DNA from: a virus
Lineage: Duplodnaviria > Heunggongvirae > Uroviricota > Caudoviricetes
Virus record (IMG/VR): IMGVR_UViG_3300029705_000019
Length of the DNA: 64,000 bases
Strand: one strand, 5' to 3'
A model generated the notes under the pieces. That model did not search any database. It saw only the letters and a list, made by a program, of their open reading frames with translations, and had not been told where the DNA came from. This document shows, in pieces, positions 9,704-18,456 of the stretch (position 1 is its first letter; every line of letters begins with the position of its first letter). The translations under genes were made by a program, and so were the position numbers.

Positions 9704-11470
9704 TTAAATATTTGCAGAGACGTAATCTAAATAATGTTTTCCGTCTGATTCGTTACTAAAGTATAACCAAAGATTTGAATTGATTGTTTGAGCTACAAGC
9801 TCAATTCCATCAACTGTATACTTTGTAGGTACCTCAGGAACCATCCATGTGGAATTGTCATAAACAGTTGGATCAAAGTACCATTCTGAGTCAATATAAC
9901 AAACAAGGTCATCAGGTTTCTTTAATCCAAGAACACGAGCTGTTTGCTTCAATTCTCTCATGTTTCTTTCAAACTCGCTATCTTCCATGTTACCAAACAT
10001 ACCTTCGATAACAGAATCGCCATAAATGAAATCATAACTTTTGTTATAATCTTCATCGAGATTCTCATCATCTTCTTCAACAAAATCGATAGCAAGATCT
10101 TTTGAAATTGTCCAGCCTTGTGCATGTTTATCATAACGATCTTTTTCCACATCTGTTACCCAATAATATTCATCAGAATAATTTGGATCACAAACATAGA
10201 GCTCACCGTACGCACCAAAGTCAATTAAATCGCCAGGTCCAACTTCATAACTATAAACACGCTCATTGATGCACTTTTCTTCAATCATTTTTTCCATAAG
10301 ATTTTTGCTCTTTGCAGATTTAATCCACTGAGTAATGTAATAAGTTGCTTTCGGTCCTGCCTTTACACTATATCGTTTAACATTATCAATAGTTAATACT
10401 GAGGAGGGATCCTTAACTACATTGCCTTCTTGATCAATAACCTGCATGCCTGTCATCTGAGCAAGTTGTGTAAACTTTGTAACATCATCTGCTGTAATAG
10501 TTAATTTCTTCTTTGTCTCATCTTCGCTGTTTGTAGATACCTCAGCTTGTGGCTCATTAACAGGTTCTTCATTCTTTCCTTTTTTCTTATCCATCTTTGA
10601 TTGCTTTGCCTTGTCTTTTTCCTCTTTTGCTTTTACAGCTGCCTCTGCTTTTGATGCATCCCAAGAATAAGCATCAACTAGTTTTGTATTGTATCCAGGC
10701 TCCATTTTCTGGTGACTACTACGCATATCTTCAGCACCACGTCTCACAAGTGTTCCATCAGGCTTAGTCACAATTGCGTTGTACCACTGCGCATACTTTG
10801 GATCTGTTACATCCGTGATACTTCCGAAAGTGTTACGCCATGTGTTCCAATCCATTGCTTTAAAATATTCACCAGCTGGATAAAATTCATTATTTTTTGC
10901 AGAGATATCAAAATCACGTGCAAGAACAACTTGAGCACTTCTTACCTGTTTCTTAATCGTGTTATCAGTGTCAGCCATTGTTCTCTTAACAGCATTGTCA
11001 GGATCAAATTTATTCTGAATACCACGCCACATTTTCTTTAACGGGCCCTCATCGAGTTTTTCCTCATTAAACTGTTTTGTTGAATATTTTTTCATTGCAT
11101 CTGCATCATTGTTTGCTTTAACTTCTGCAACAGAATTGTTGTTATTATCAACAACTTTATAAGATCCATCAGCTTTTGCAACAAGATTATCTTCCGATGT
11201 TTTTGAAACAACTCTTTCACCTGTTTCAAGTTTAACATCTTCAGTCATTGTTGATGAATAAATAGGTACAAAGATTCTCTTAAAACCAGCTCTTGGAACA
11301 TTAAACCATTCCTCACGAGCTGCGTCTTGATCTTCATAACAAGTTGCATTATGAGGATCTGTTACCCAACCATCGGTAACATTCCACCATTGTCTTTTGC
11401 CATTATTTGTAACACCAACGATACAGTATAAAGTTGGCTCAACAGATTCATTCAGTTGTCTAATCTTCAT
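9704..11470 (-). CDS. Multi-module protein, putative internal head polyprotein
   Basis: Starts MKIRQLNES, has several internal (L/I/M)xE sites between modules, and has the late-type motif CAGTTAAATATACA at 11504-11517. Confidence 0.5.
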   Translation of the reverse strand: MKIRQLNESVEPTLYCIVGVTNNGKRQWWNVTDGWVTDPHNATCYEDQDAAREEWFNVPRAGFKRIFVPIYSSTMTEDVKLETGERVVSKTSEDNLVAKADGSYKVVDNNNNSVAEVKANNDADAMKKYSTKQFNEEKLDEGPLKKMWRGIQNKFDPDNAVKRTMADTDNTIKKQVRSAQVVLARDFDISAKNNEFYPAGEYFKAMDWNTWRNTFGSITDVTDPKYAQWYNAIVTKPDGTLVRRGAEDMRSSHQKMEPGYNTKLVDAYSWDASKAEAAVKAKEEKDKAKQSKMDKKKGKNEEPVNEPQAEVSTNSEDETKKKLTITADDVTKFTQLAQMTGMQVIDQEGNVVKDPSSVLTIDNVKRYSVKAGPKATYYITQWIKSAKSKNLMEKMIEEKCINERVYSYEVGPGDLIDFGAYGELYVCDPNYSDEYYWVTDVEKDRYDKHAQGWTISKDLAIDFVEEDDENLDEDYNKSYDFIYGDSVIEGMFGNMEDSEFERNMRELKQTARVLGLKKPDDLVCYIDSEWYFDPTVYDNSTWMVPEVPTKYTVDGIELVAQTINSNLWLYFSNESDGKHYLDYVSANI

Positions 11471-11503
11471 ACAAATATAAACCTCGTCAAATTGATTTGA
11501 ATA

Positions 11504-11518
11504 CAGTTAAATATACAT
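11504..11518 (-). promoter_or_regulatory. Putative late promoter TGTATATTTAACTG
   Basis: Identical 14-mer at 17351-17364, with variants near 6120, 15055, 16540 and 24720, upstream of structural, lysis and MKxxxLxE genes. Confidence 0.6.
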
Positions 11519-11580
11519 GATAATCATAAATAAAACACCATGATTAGTTTCATGGTGTTTTAATTTGTAAACTTATAAAA

Positions 11581-12627
11581 TCACTGTTTAATGAAGAAGT
11601 ATGGATCGGCAGACATTAAACTATATCCATGATCAGGATATGCATTTGGGTCAGTTGACTCATAATCCATTACATAGTAAATCTTTGTTTGATTACAAAC
11701 AGGGTAATAAGTTATAGTTGCTGTGCTTGTACTGCTTGAATATGACCATCCGCATGTCCATCCAAGAATTCTATTCGGTGCAGATGGAGATGTTATCCAA
11801 ACACCATTTTGAATTTGACTTGCATAGGAGTTCAAGCCATAAGCTGTGCCACTTGCAATCGGAGTTGCCAATGAGGCGTAACCAACATATCCTGATGTTG
11901 AGTCTTCTGTGAAATAGTATTTTTCATACGAATTAAAGATTGAAAGAGATGTTGATGCAGAACTACCACTGAAAGTAGTTGTTAGTGCTCCGCCATCAGT
12001 GTTGTAGTCAATACCGGGTCCAAGACTATATGCTTTCCATCTGTAGGTTGAAGATGATTCTCCACCTGTTGAAGTTCCTAACGGATGCCATATACCATTA
12101 ATATATGTAAACCCAGAGCCAGTTGGCGAGATTGAAGTTTCATCAGATGTGTATGTAGCTTCACAAGATAACAAATAGAAATCAGCAGAAGCAGAATCAC
12201 CATAAGTACCGTCTGGGTACATATACGGAACAAATGATATATAAATGCGCGAATTATTTACAACGTCATTCAGTGATGTCGCGTTAATAATTGATTGTAT
12301 AGTTTCTTTATCGACAGTGTACACTGGCGTAAGTAAGTCGGTACTAAATACACATTTGCCGCCAACATAGTACAACAATTGACAATGATCGAAGGCCTCA
12401 TCATATGATGCATCACCGAGAATAAAACTTAGTGAAAATGTTAACTGTGTTATGCTTTCTCCGGATGGTATGTCATTGAAATTAAAATAGTATGAGACAC
12501 AAATAAACTCATCAGTGTTGAATGTTACTTTATCACTTTCGTCAACACCAACAAGTTTGCTTAAATCATCCGTTGGTGAAGAACCATTATCAATGTTATA
12601 CCTTGATGGATAATATACAGTTGACAT
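11581..12627 (-). CDS. Tagged variable protein A (internal GFTYINGIWHPL tag; C-terminal AYPDHG...FFIKQ)
   Basis: Carries the conserved tag internally. Own ATATACATCGA motif at about 12671; terminator-like hairpin at about 11531-11562. Confidence 0.7.
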   Translation of the reverse strand: MSTVYYPSRYNIDNGSSPTDDLSKLVGVDESDKVTFNTDEFICVSYYFNFNDIPSGESITQLTFSLSFILGDASYDEAFDHCQLLYYVGGKCVFSTDLLTPVYTVDKETIQSIINATSLNDVVNNSRIYISFVPYMYPDGTYGDSASADFYLLSCEATYTSDETSISPTGSGFTYINGIWHPLGTSTGGESSSTYRWKAYSLGPGIDYNTDGGALTTTFSGSSASTSLSIFNSYEKYYFTEDSTSGYVGYASLATPIASGTAYGLNSYASQIQNGVWITSPSAPNRILGWTCGWSYSSSTSTATITYYPVCNQTKIYYVMDYESTDPNAYPDHGYSLMSADPYFFIKQ

Positions 12628-12668
12628 AACGTAATAACTCCCTCACAATAAAATAATTTTTTATAAAA

Positions 12669-12710
12669 ATATATACATCGAAGAAAGTATGATGCTCGAT
12701 GTATAATTAA
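12669..12710. promoter_or_regulatory. Back-to-back CGATGTATA motifs of the divergent cassette pair A/B
   Basis: ATATACATCGA...TCGATGTATAAT inverted pair; the motif sits about 40-50 nt upstream of nearly every cassette start. Confidence 0.65.
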
Positions 12711-12742
12711 ATATAAAAAATTTCTGTTTTGAGGGTAAATAA

Positions 12743-13291
12743 ATGAGTGTAAACACAGTAACTTTTTATCCAACGACCTTTTCAGCAAACGCAAGTACTC
12801 CGTCATACATTTCTAGTAGATCAACGTCAGGGAGCTCAGGAACATCGAATTATAGTTATACGGTTAAAGCATATACACAAGCATCTTATCTGAATGTTGT
12901 AATTACTGCACAATTTTTGTCACTAGATATCCCAAGTGATGCTATTATTACAAATGTTGAATGGGGTGTTGATGATATTACTTGTCCAACAAATGATATA
13001 ACAATTCTTGGTCAGATTTCGATAGGTGGTATGTCCTCACAGATGACATACCACCCAGCATGGGATCTGTGGGTAAACTCAGGCACTGATGGAATGTCGA
13101 ATCCGTTTGATTGTGAGTTAACTAATATAGCTACAGCTGCTATGGGATTTACAATTTCAGGAAGCAACCAGACTGCAACTACAAAAACGTTCACTATAAA
13201 AGCTCCATGGATAAAATTAACATATGAAGCGGAAGACCCAACAAGATGGGTTATGATCAATGGTGTTTGGGAACCGCTTGTAACAATGTAA
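12743..13291 (+). CDS. Tagged variable protein B (C-terminal WVMINGVWEPL)
   Basis: GAGG SD, TCGATGTATAAT upstream, and a hairpin terminator at about 13308-13345. Confidence 0.7.
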   Translation: MSVNTVTFYPTTFSANASTPSYISSRSTSGSSGTSNYSYTVKAYTQASYLNVVITAQFLSLDIPSDAIITNVEWGVDDITCPTNDITILGQISIGGMSSQMTYHPAWDLWVNSGTDGMSNPFDCELTNIATAAMGFTISGSNQTATTKTFTIKAPWIKLTYEAEDPTRWVMINGVWEPLVTM

Positions 13292-13363
13292 AATTATTGA
13301 ATATAATAAAGCCGCTACACAATGAATGTGCAACGGCTTTATTTTTTTATTTTATTAAGGAGC

Positions 13364-14404
13364 TTACTCTGCGTTAGTTTCAACAGTTGAAGAAGTTTTT
13401 GTCATCATGGGTGATACAACTTTATAAAGGTCACGAACAACTACATAAGAGTCTTCCACATTCTTAGCGCCCTTTTCTTCAAGCTTTGCCTTTACTTTGT
13501 TATCTTCAGGCAATGAATCATAAACATCTTTCACACCATCAAGAACAACAAGAATTTCAGGAAGTCGTTTGATAACAGCCATCAGCTTTGGACCAGCTGC
13601 TTTTGCAATAGAAACAGCTGCTGTAACAAAACTTTCATCAAGATCATCATCGTAATCAAACATATCTTTATCATCACTGTCTTCAAGCTCAACATCATCG
13701 TCATATTCCATCTCAACACCATCTTCGAGCTTTGAAGTGTCACCATAAAGAATATTCATACTTTTAATAACGGAATCTTTGATAAAAATCTTATCGTCAA
13801 TTTCCATATCATCATCGTATTCGTTTACAAAATCATCATGCATATCATATCCCTCCTCAACAGATTTCTTTTGTTTAATATTTTGCAATAAATTATAAAC
13901 ACCTTTTGCAGCAATGATAAGTGGATTGATTGTTAACAAACTAACAATTCCACCAACAACATTGTCTGGTAAAATTGCAACAATAGCAGCAATAATTTCA
14001 ACAATAGGTGTAGGTTCAATTAGTGCAACAGCTGTTAGTGCTGTTGTTATGATTGCCTTTGCTGTTGCTGGATTTTCTTTACAAACTTTACTTATATCAA
14101 CAGCGTCAAGAAATTCACCGAAGGTCATTGAATCAGATGCATCGACACCTGTTTCTTTTGTTAGTTCTTCTTTTGTAGAGTCAGATAACTTAATATTATC
14201 AGCTTTCTTTGCAACAACATCAAGAGCAATTTCAACCTTATCATCAGGAACATTATTCATAACAGTTGCAACTGTGTTACTAAATTCTTTTTTATTATCA
14301 TTTGCAATAACTTCAAGAGACTGTTCCATTGCGTCATATGTTTCACGCTGTGTTTCTTCAAAGAGCAAACGCTCATATTGTTCAGTTAGTTTATGAAATT
14401 TCAT
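13364..14404 (-). CDS. Putative internal head protein with a hydrophobic helical segment
   Basis: Starts MKFHKLTEQ. Acidic, with a central hydrophobic stretch and internal VEE/LDE sites. Confidence 0.45.
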   Translation of the reverse strand: MKFHKLTEQYERLLFEETQRETYDAMEQSLEVIANDNKKEFSNTVATVMNNVPDDKVEIALDVVAKKADNIKLSDSTKEELTKETGVDASDSMTFGEFLDAVDISKVCKENPATAKAIITTALTAVALIEPTPIVEIIAAIVAILPDNVVGGIVSLLTINPLIIAAKGVYNLLQNIKQKKSVEEGYDMHDDFVNEYDDDMEIDDKIFIKDSVIKSMNILYGDTSKLEDGVEMEYDDDVELEDSDDKDMFDYDDDLDESFVTAAVSIAKAAGPKLMAVIKRLPEILVVLDGVKDVYDSLPEDNKVKAKLEEKGAKNVEDSYVVVRDLYKVVSPMMTKTSSTVETNAE

Positions 14405-14424
14405 ATTTTTAGTTTACCTTTTCG

Positions 14425-14982
14425 TTATGTTTGCTCATCAAGAGTTCGAGCTGTATTTATGAAAATCTGTTTTAGTTGACCATCAATATTAAATCTATCC
14501 GCATTTGTTTCAATGCTCTTCAATAGATTACCATCATTGTGTCTCAAAGTTGAAGCTTTCCAGTCACAAAACATTTCAATAATATCAATTAACGTCATAT
14601 CATTTATTCCATTAACAAAATGTTCAGGATGATGACGATTGTTTGCATAATGATGTTCTAATGCTGGTTTCATATCTTCAAGATTTTGATTATACTCTTC
14701 ACTACCGTAACTACATACACTTAACTTCGGTGTATATTCTGCAAATATTTCAACCTCAGGAGTTTCTAACTTTGATGCGTCATGATACACACCTCTGAGA
14801 TCTAATCTGTCAATCATGAATCTAATATACTTACGTACATTCTCAATATGTTTTTGTGTTTCAACTTGGCATTCAGCAACAGTTAAAACTGGTATCTCTT
14901 CCTGCTCAAGTTGTTGAATTGATGCAGAGTCACTCAAAAGTGGAGCAAGTGTTTTATCTGTGTGTTGTGAGTTAATTTCCAT
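14425..14982 (-). CDS. DUF5662-like HD-type protein
   Basis: HDASKL...LEHHYANNRHHPEHF...MTLIDIIEMFCDWKA motifs match this common phage family, from memory. Confidence 0.65.
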   Translation of the reverse strand: MEINSQHTDKTLAPLLSDSASIQQLEQEEIPVLTVAECQVETQKHIENVRKYIRFMIDRLDLRGVYHDASKLETPEVEIFAEYTPKLSVCSYGSEEYNQNLEDMKPALEHHYANNRHHPEHFVNGINDMTLIDIIEMFCDWKASTLRHNDGNLLKSIETNADRFNIDGQLKQIFINTARTLDEQT

Positions 14983-15145
14983 TTTACAATAAACACTCCG
15001 TTTTCTTTGTTGTGGCTTCAGTTAAAAATACAACTCAAATGAGTCATATATGTTTAAATATACATGGAACACACCAGTTAACAAATAAACACAAAAATAG
15101 CAGTCTTGAAAGACTGCTATTTTTAAACGGAAGTGTTTTTTTTGT

Positions 15146-15433
15146 TTATTCAGCGATTTCTTCAGAAATTTCGCTTGATTCAATCTTCTCTTCAGGAACA
15201 GCTGAAGATTCTTTCTTTTGGAATGCAATAACAGCATCAGTGATAAGACGTGCAATATCAACAGCACCTTCACCAAAGATGTATGCAACAGCAGCAGTTA
15301 CAACACCATCGAGTGCCATAACAACTTCTGATGTAAGTGTCTCATCAAAAAGTGCAACCAAGATTGATGCAGCAGCTGCAATAATAGCAGCCCACAGCTT
15401 TCTGGAAGACAACTTTGCTTTAATTGTTTGCAT
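15146..15433 (-). CDS. Holin-like membrane protein
   Basis: KLSSRKLWAAI start, two transmembrane segments, lies in the lysis cassette. Confidence 0.6.
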   Translation of the reverse strand: MQTIKAKLSSRKLWAAIIAAAASILVALFDETLTSEVVMALDGVVTAAVAYIFGEGAVDIARLITDAVIAFQKKESSAVPEEKIESSEISEEIAE

Positions 15434-15459
15434 TGGACTAATACCTCTTATTATTTAAT

Positions 15460-15828
15460 TCAGCAATCAATATGAATTGAATTCTTCTTTATCTTCTCTT
15501 TGTTTTCAACTTTTGACTTGTTAAAGTAACATGCCAAAATTGTTGCAAATGCTGCCCAAGCTGGAGTTATAATAGCTGTTAAATATGGAAGTGCTCCAGA
15601 AAACTTTTCAGTAATCGCAAGCTCGGCAAGATTAACAACTTTAAATGATAATAGCATAACCATCGGGTAAACAATTAAAATGTTTGCAAGAACAATCCAT
15701 TTAGAAAATTCAAACTTTTTCTTTTCAGGTTGTTCTTTCTTTTGTTGCGATTTTTGTTGATTAGACCCTTGCCTCATTTGTGGTGTCCGTTGTGCTTGAG
15801 GTCGGGATCTATTTGGTTGATTGTTCAT
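15460..15828 (-). CDS. Two-TM membrane protein of the lysis cassette (holin-like)
   Basis: KFEFSKWIV...YFNKSKVEN with two hydrophobic helices; overlaps the endolysin stop. Confidence 0.5.
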   Translation of the reverse strand: MNNQPNRSRPQAQRTPQMRQGSNQQKSQQKKEQPEKKKFEFSKWIVLANILIVYPMVMLLSFKVVNLAELAITEKFSGALPYLTAIITPAWAAFATILACYFNKSKVENKEKIKKNSIHIDC

Positions 15829-16499
15829 TGGAGTGTACCCAATGCTCTGTAGATGAAGACGAGCATTTGTTCTCTAGTACAGTTGTCACGCAATTTATAA
15901 TTGCCATGTTCATCTCCGTACAATATACCGTTAGCGACTGCCCATTCAACAGCTTCACGAGCCCAATCAGCCGGTTCATTGTCAAACTCAGCTGTTGAAT
16001 TATCAACGATTTCTTTATCATAGTTGTTCATTGGTATAGTCTCCTCTCCAATAAGATATGGAAGTGGATCAATCGGAATATCATTGTATTCAAGCTGGAA
16101 ATGTAGATGCGCACCAGTTGAATAACCTGTAGAACCCATATAACCAAGTTGTTCACCAGCTGTAACCTGTTGACCAACTTCAACACAAATACTTCCATAT
16201 TTCATGTGATAGTATTCTGTTGTAAATCCATTACCATGATCAATTACAACATAGTTACCTCTTGATTGAGATTTTGAGAATCCTGTTACAGTGTCAACAA
16301 CCTTTGTAACAACTCCATCCCAAGCTGCACCAATTCCAGATAGTGCGCTCCATCCGAGCCAACAAGTAAGGTCAATACCCTTGTGTGCACCATTACCTTG
16401 ACCTGTTACTGGATCAACTCTGTAACCGAACGGAGAAGTCACTAACAATGTTGAACCTTCGGTCATAATAGGTAATACAGATTCAATTGTTGAAGCCAT
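15825..16499 (-). CDS. Endolysin: M23 peptidase plus C-terminal SLH-like domain
   Basis: HKGID, YYHM and STGAHLHF M23 motifs; WAREAVEWAVANGILYG...TREQMLVFIYR SLH motif. Confidence 0.85.
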   Translation of the reverse strand: MASTIESVLPIMTEGSTLLVTSPFGYRVDPVTGQGNGAHKGIDLTCWLGWSALSGIGAAWDGVVTKVVDTVTGFSKSQSRGNYVVIDHGNGFTTEYYHMKYGSICVEVGQQVTAGEQLGYMGSTGYSTGAHLHFQLEYNDIPIDPLPYLIGEETIPMNNYDKEIVDNSTAEFDNEPADWAREAVEWAVANGILYGDEHGNYKLRDNCTREQMLVFIYRALGTLQ

Positions 16500-16589
16500 T
16501 TTACTAATTCTCCTTTTCGTTATACTTTATGGTAATATATACAATAATTATAGGGGCTAATTTTCTTAGCCCCCATAATCTTAATGTGT

Positions 16590-17207
16590 TTATGAATTGT
16601 ATCCGCGAATGTCTTCTAAGAATGATTTATTCTTAACACGATGCTCGTACGCGTCACGAATTACTTTCATTGAAATTTCTGTTTCGCCATTTTTACGATT
16701 GTGCAATTTTAACATTGCCTCATATTCATCATACTCTTTAATTATTCTATTAAATAACTCACGTGAGACAACTGCATCATCCTTTGATACAAGAGTTGCA
16801 AAATCAAGAATACCTCTACGATGCTGATTAAGATATAACTCTACTGTTATTTCATTATTCTTATCGATTGCATCTTTTAATGCAAGAACATCATTAACTG
16901 TTTTGTCATAAACAATAGCTCTTGAGTTTACCCAACTCATCCATGCATCTCGTTTTGCAATGTTATCGGCACTATAGTGTGTATTTACTTCTTCCAGTAA
17001 TAATTCCACCTTACGAAGAAGCTCATCTTTTGCTTTCTTTTCTTCCTTTTTGCGTTTGAAGAATTTTCTGATCTTCATCCATTCTGGAACTATTTTTCCA
17101 CACAACTCAATTATCTCACCAATAGCTTGTAAAACGATCCAAGCAACTAAAATACCGGAAGTAATTATAAGTGGTAGCCCAAGCATTTCAACTAATTTCT
17201 CAAACAT
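16590..17207 (-). CDS. Lysis-region membrane-anchored protein
   Basis: N-terminal TM segment and ILDFA...IIKEYDEYE...NG pattern common next to Firmicutes phage lysins. Confidence 0.5.
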   Translation of the reverse strand: MFEKLVEMLGLPLIITSGILVAWIVLQAIGEIIELCGKIVPEWMKIRKFFKRKKEEKKAKDELLRKVELLLEEVNTHYSADNIAKRDAWMSWVNSRAIVYDKTVNDVLALKDAIDKNNEITVELYLNQHRRGILDFATLVSKDDAVVSRELFNRIIKEYDEYEAMLKLHNRKNGETEISMKVIRDAYEHRVKNKSFLEDIRGYNS

Positions 17208-17376
17208 TTCTTACATACCTCTCTTTACACTTGAAGTAAAGAGAAGATATTTACATGCAATAGTAATCATTTCTAATCATCTTACTCCAATATTTATTTA
17301 TTATTTTCAATAGAGGTAACTGATTATCAATCATTTATACCTATTCCATACAGTTAAATATACAATAAGAATTGTT

Positions 17377-18453
17377 TTAAATAGAGACACCGAATTCACC
17401 TGCAATGAATCGTGCAATCTCCTCAGCTGATTCACAACGAGCTTCAGAACCATTTCTAAATACTACATGTACACTTCCGTTTGCTGTTCTTAAAGAACCC
17501 TTCTTTGTAACATCATTTGGACCTGTTGCTTCAAAGGAACAACCTTGTTCGCCACCTATGATAGTATAAGTGTCATTCTGGAAATATTCAATCCAATTTT
17601 TTTCGCCAAGTTTATCAACGTCAAGGAAATCTGCAACTTGCCAAGATAACTTATCAAGATCTAGTTTATAACCAAACGATTCATCAAGCTGTAACTTGTT
17701 AACATTTACATCAACATAATCATCAGCATCACCAACTTTAACAGTTGCAATATCACCTTTGCGTCCAACAATGATACCACGTTTTGGAGGATTGTCATCA
17801 ATGTGAGTAACAAGTTTACCAACAGTGAATTCATCCTCATTGCCCTCATCAAGCTCTTCTTTACAAAGCATTTTCTGAGCATCATCAACACTAATCTGGT
17901 AAGGTTTGTTATCAACATCATCAGTAACAATCAACCATTTATCCCAGCTCATCTGATTTGCTCTTACAGTGCCCTTGTTACCATTGTCAAGTCTGATCTT
18001 ATCACCAATAGTAAATCTATGTGGCTTTTTATCGAAAAGACTTTCTTCGATTTCGTAATCAAGTTCTTCAAATATGCTGTAAGCTTTTGCAAGTGCATCT
18101 GCATACGCCTTTGCATATATCCGACCATTCATATAGCCATCATGAAGTCTATACATTAGATCAGCAATGTCATCTTCATAACGTTGAATTCTAAATTCAG
18201 CGGAGTCAAGATAATCTTCTTTAAAATTTTCAGAAAGGTTTCCTGCCTTAAACATTCTAATAGCTTGTTCATCTGTTTCAGCTTCACCCTTATCGTAACC
18301 ACGATTAATCCCACCAATGCATACACCAGAGCTATTAAATGCTGTCCAGCCTCTTCCACTATTGGCATGAATCAAATAATCTCCGCGTGAATTCTTACAT
18401 AGAACCCTCTCATTTGAGTTGTTGTAATCTTCGTTAAGCTTCTTTATTTTCAT
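17377..18453 (-). CDS. Multi-module protein, putative internal head polyprotein
   Basis: Starts MKIKKLNED. Small SH3/KOW-like modules (FTIGDKIRL, FTVGKLVTH) are separated by LSE, IEE and LDE sites. Confidence 0.5.
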   Translation of the reverse strand: MKIKKLNEDYNNSNERVLCKNSRGDYLIHANSGRGWTAFNSSGVCIGGINRGYDKGEAETDEQAIRMFKAGNLSENFKEDYLDSAEFRIQRYEDDIADLMYRLHDGYMNGRIYAKAYADALAKAYSIFEELDYEIEESLFDKKPHRFTIGDKIRLDNGNKGTVRANQMSWDKWLIVTDDVDNKPYQISVDDAQKMLCKEELDEGNEDEFTVGKLVTHIDDNPPKRGIIVGRKGDIATVKVGDADDYVDVNVNKLQLDESFGYKLDLDKLSWQVADFLDVDKLGEKNWIEYFQNDTYTIIGGEQGCSFEATGPNDVTKKGSLRTANGSVHVVFRNGSEARCESAEEIARFIAGEFGVSI

Positions 18454-18456
18454 TTC

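Noticed and set aside
13914-14396. Plus-strand ORFs such as 13914-14396, 57576-58202 and many 60-130 aa calls
   Set aside because: They are antisense shadows of well-supported minus-strand genes, with no SD sites or protein-like composition.
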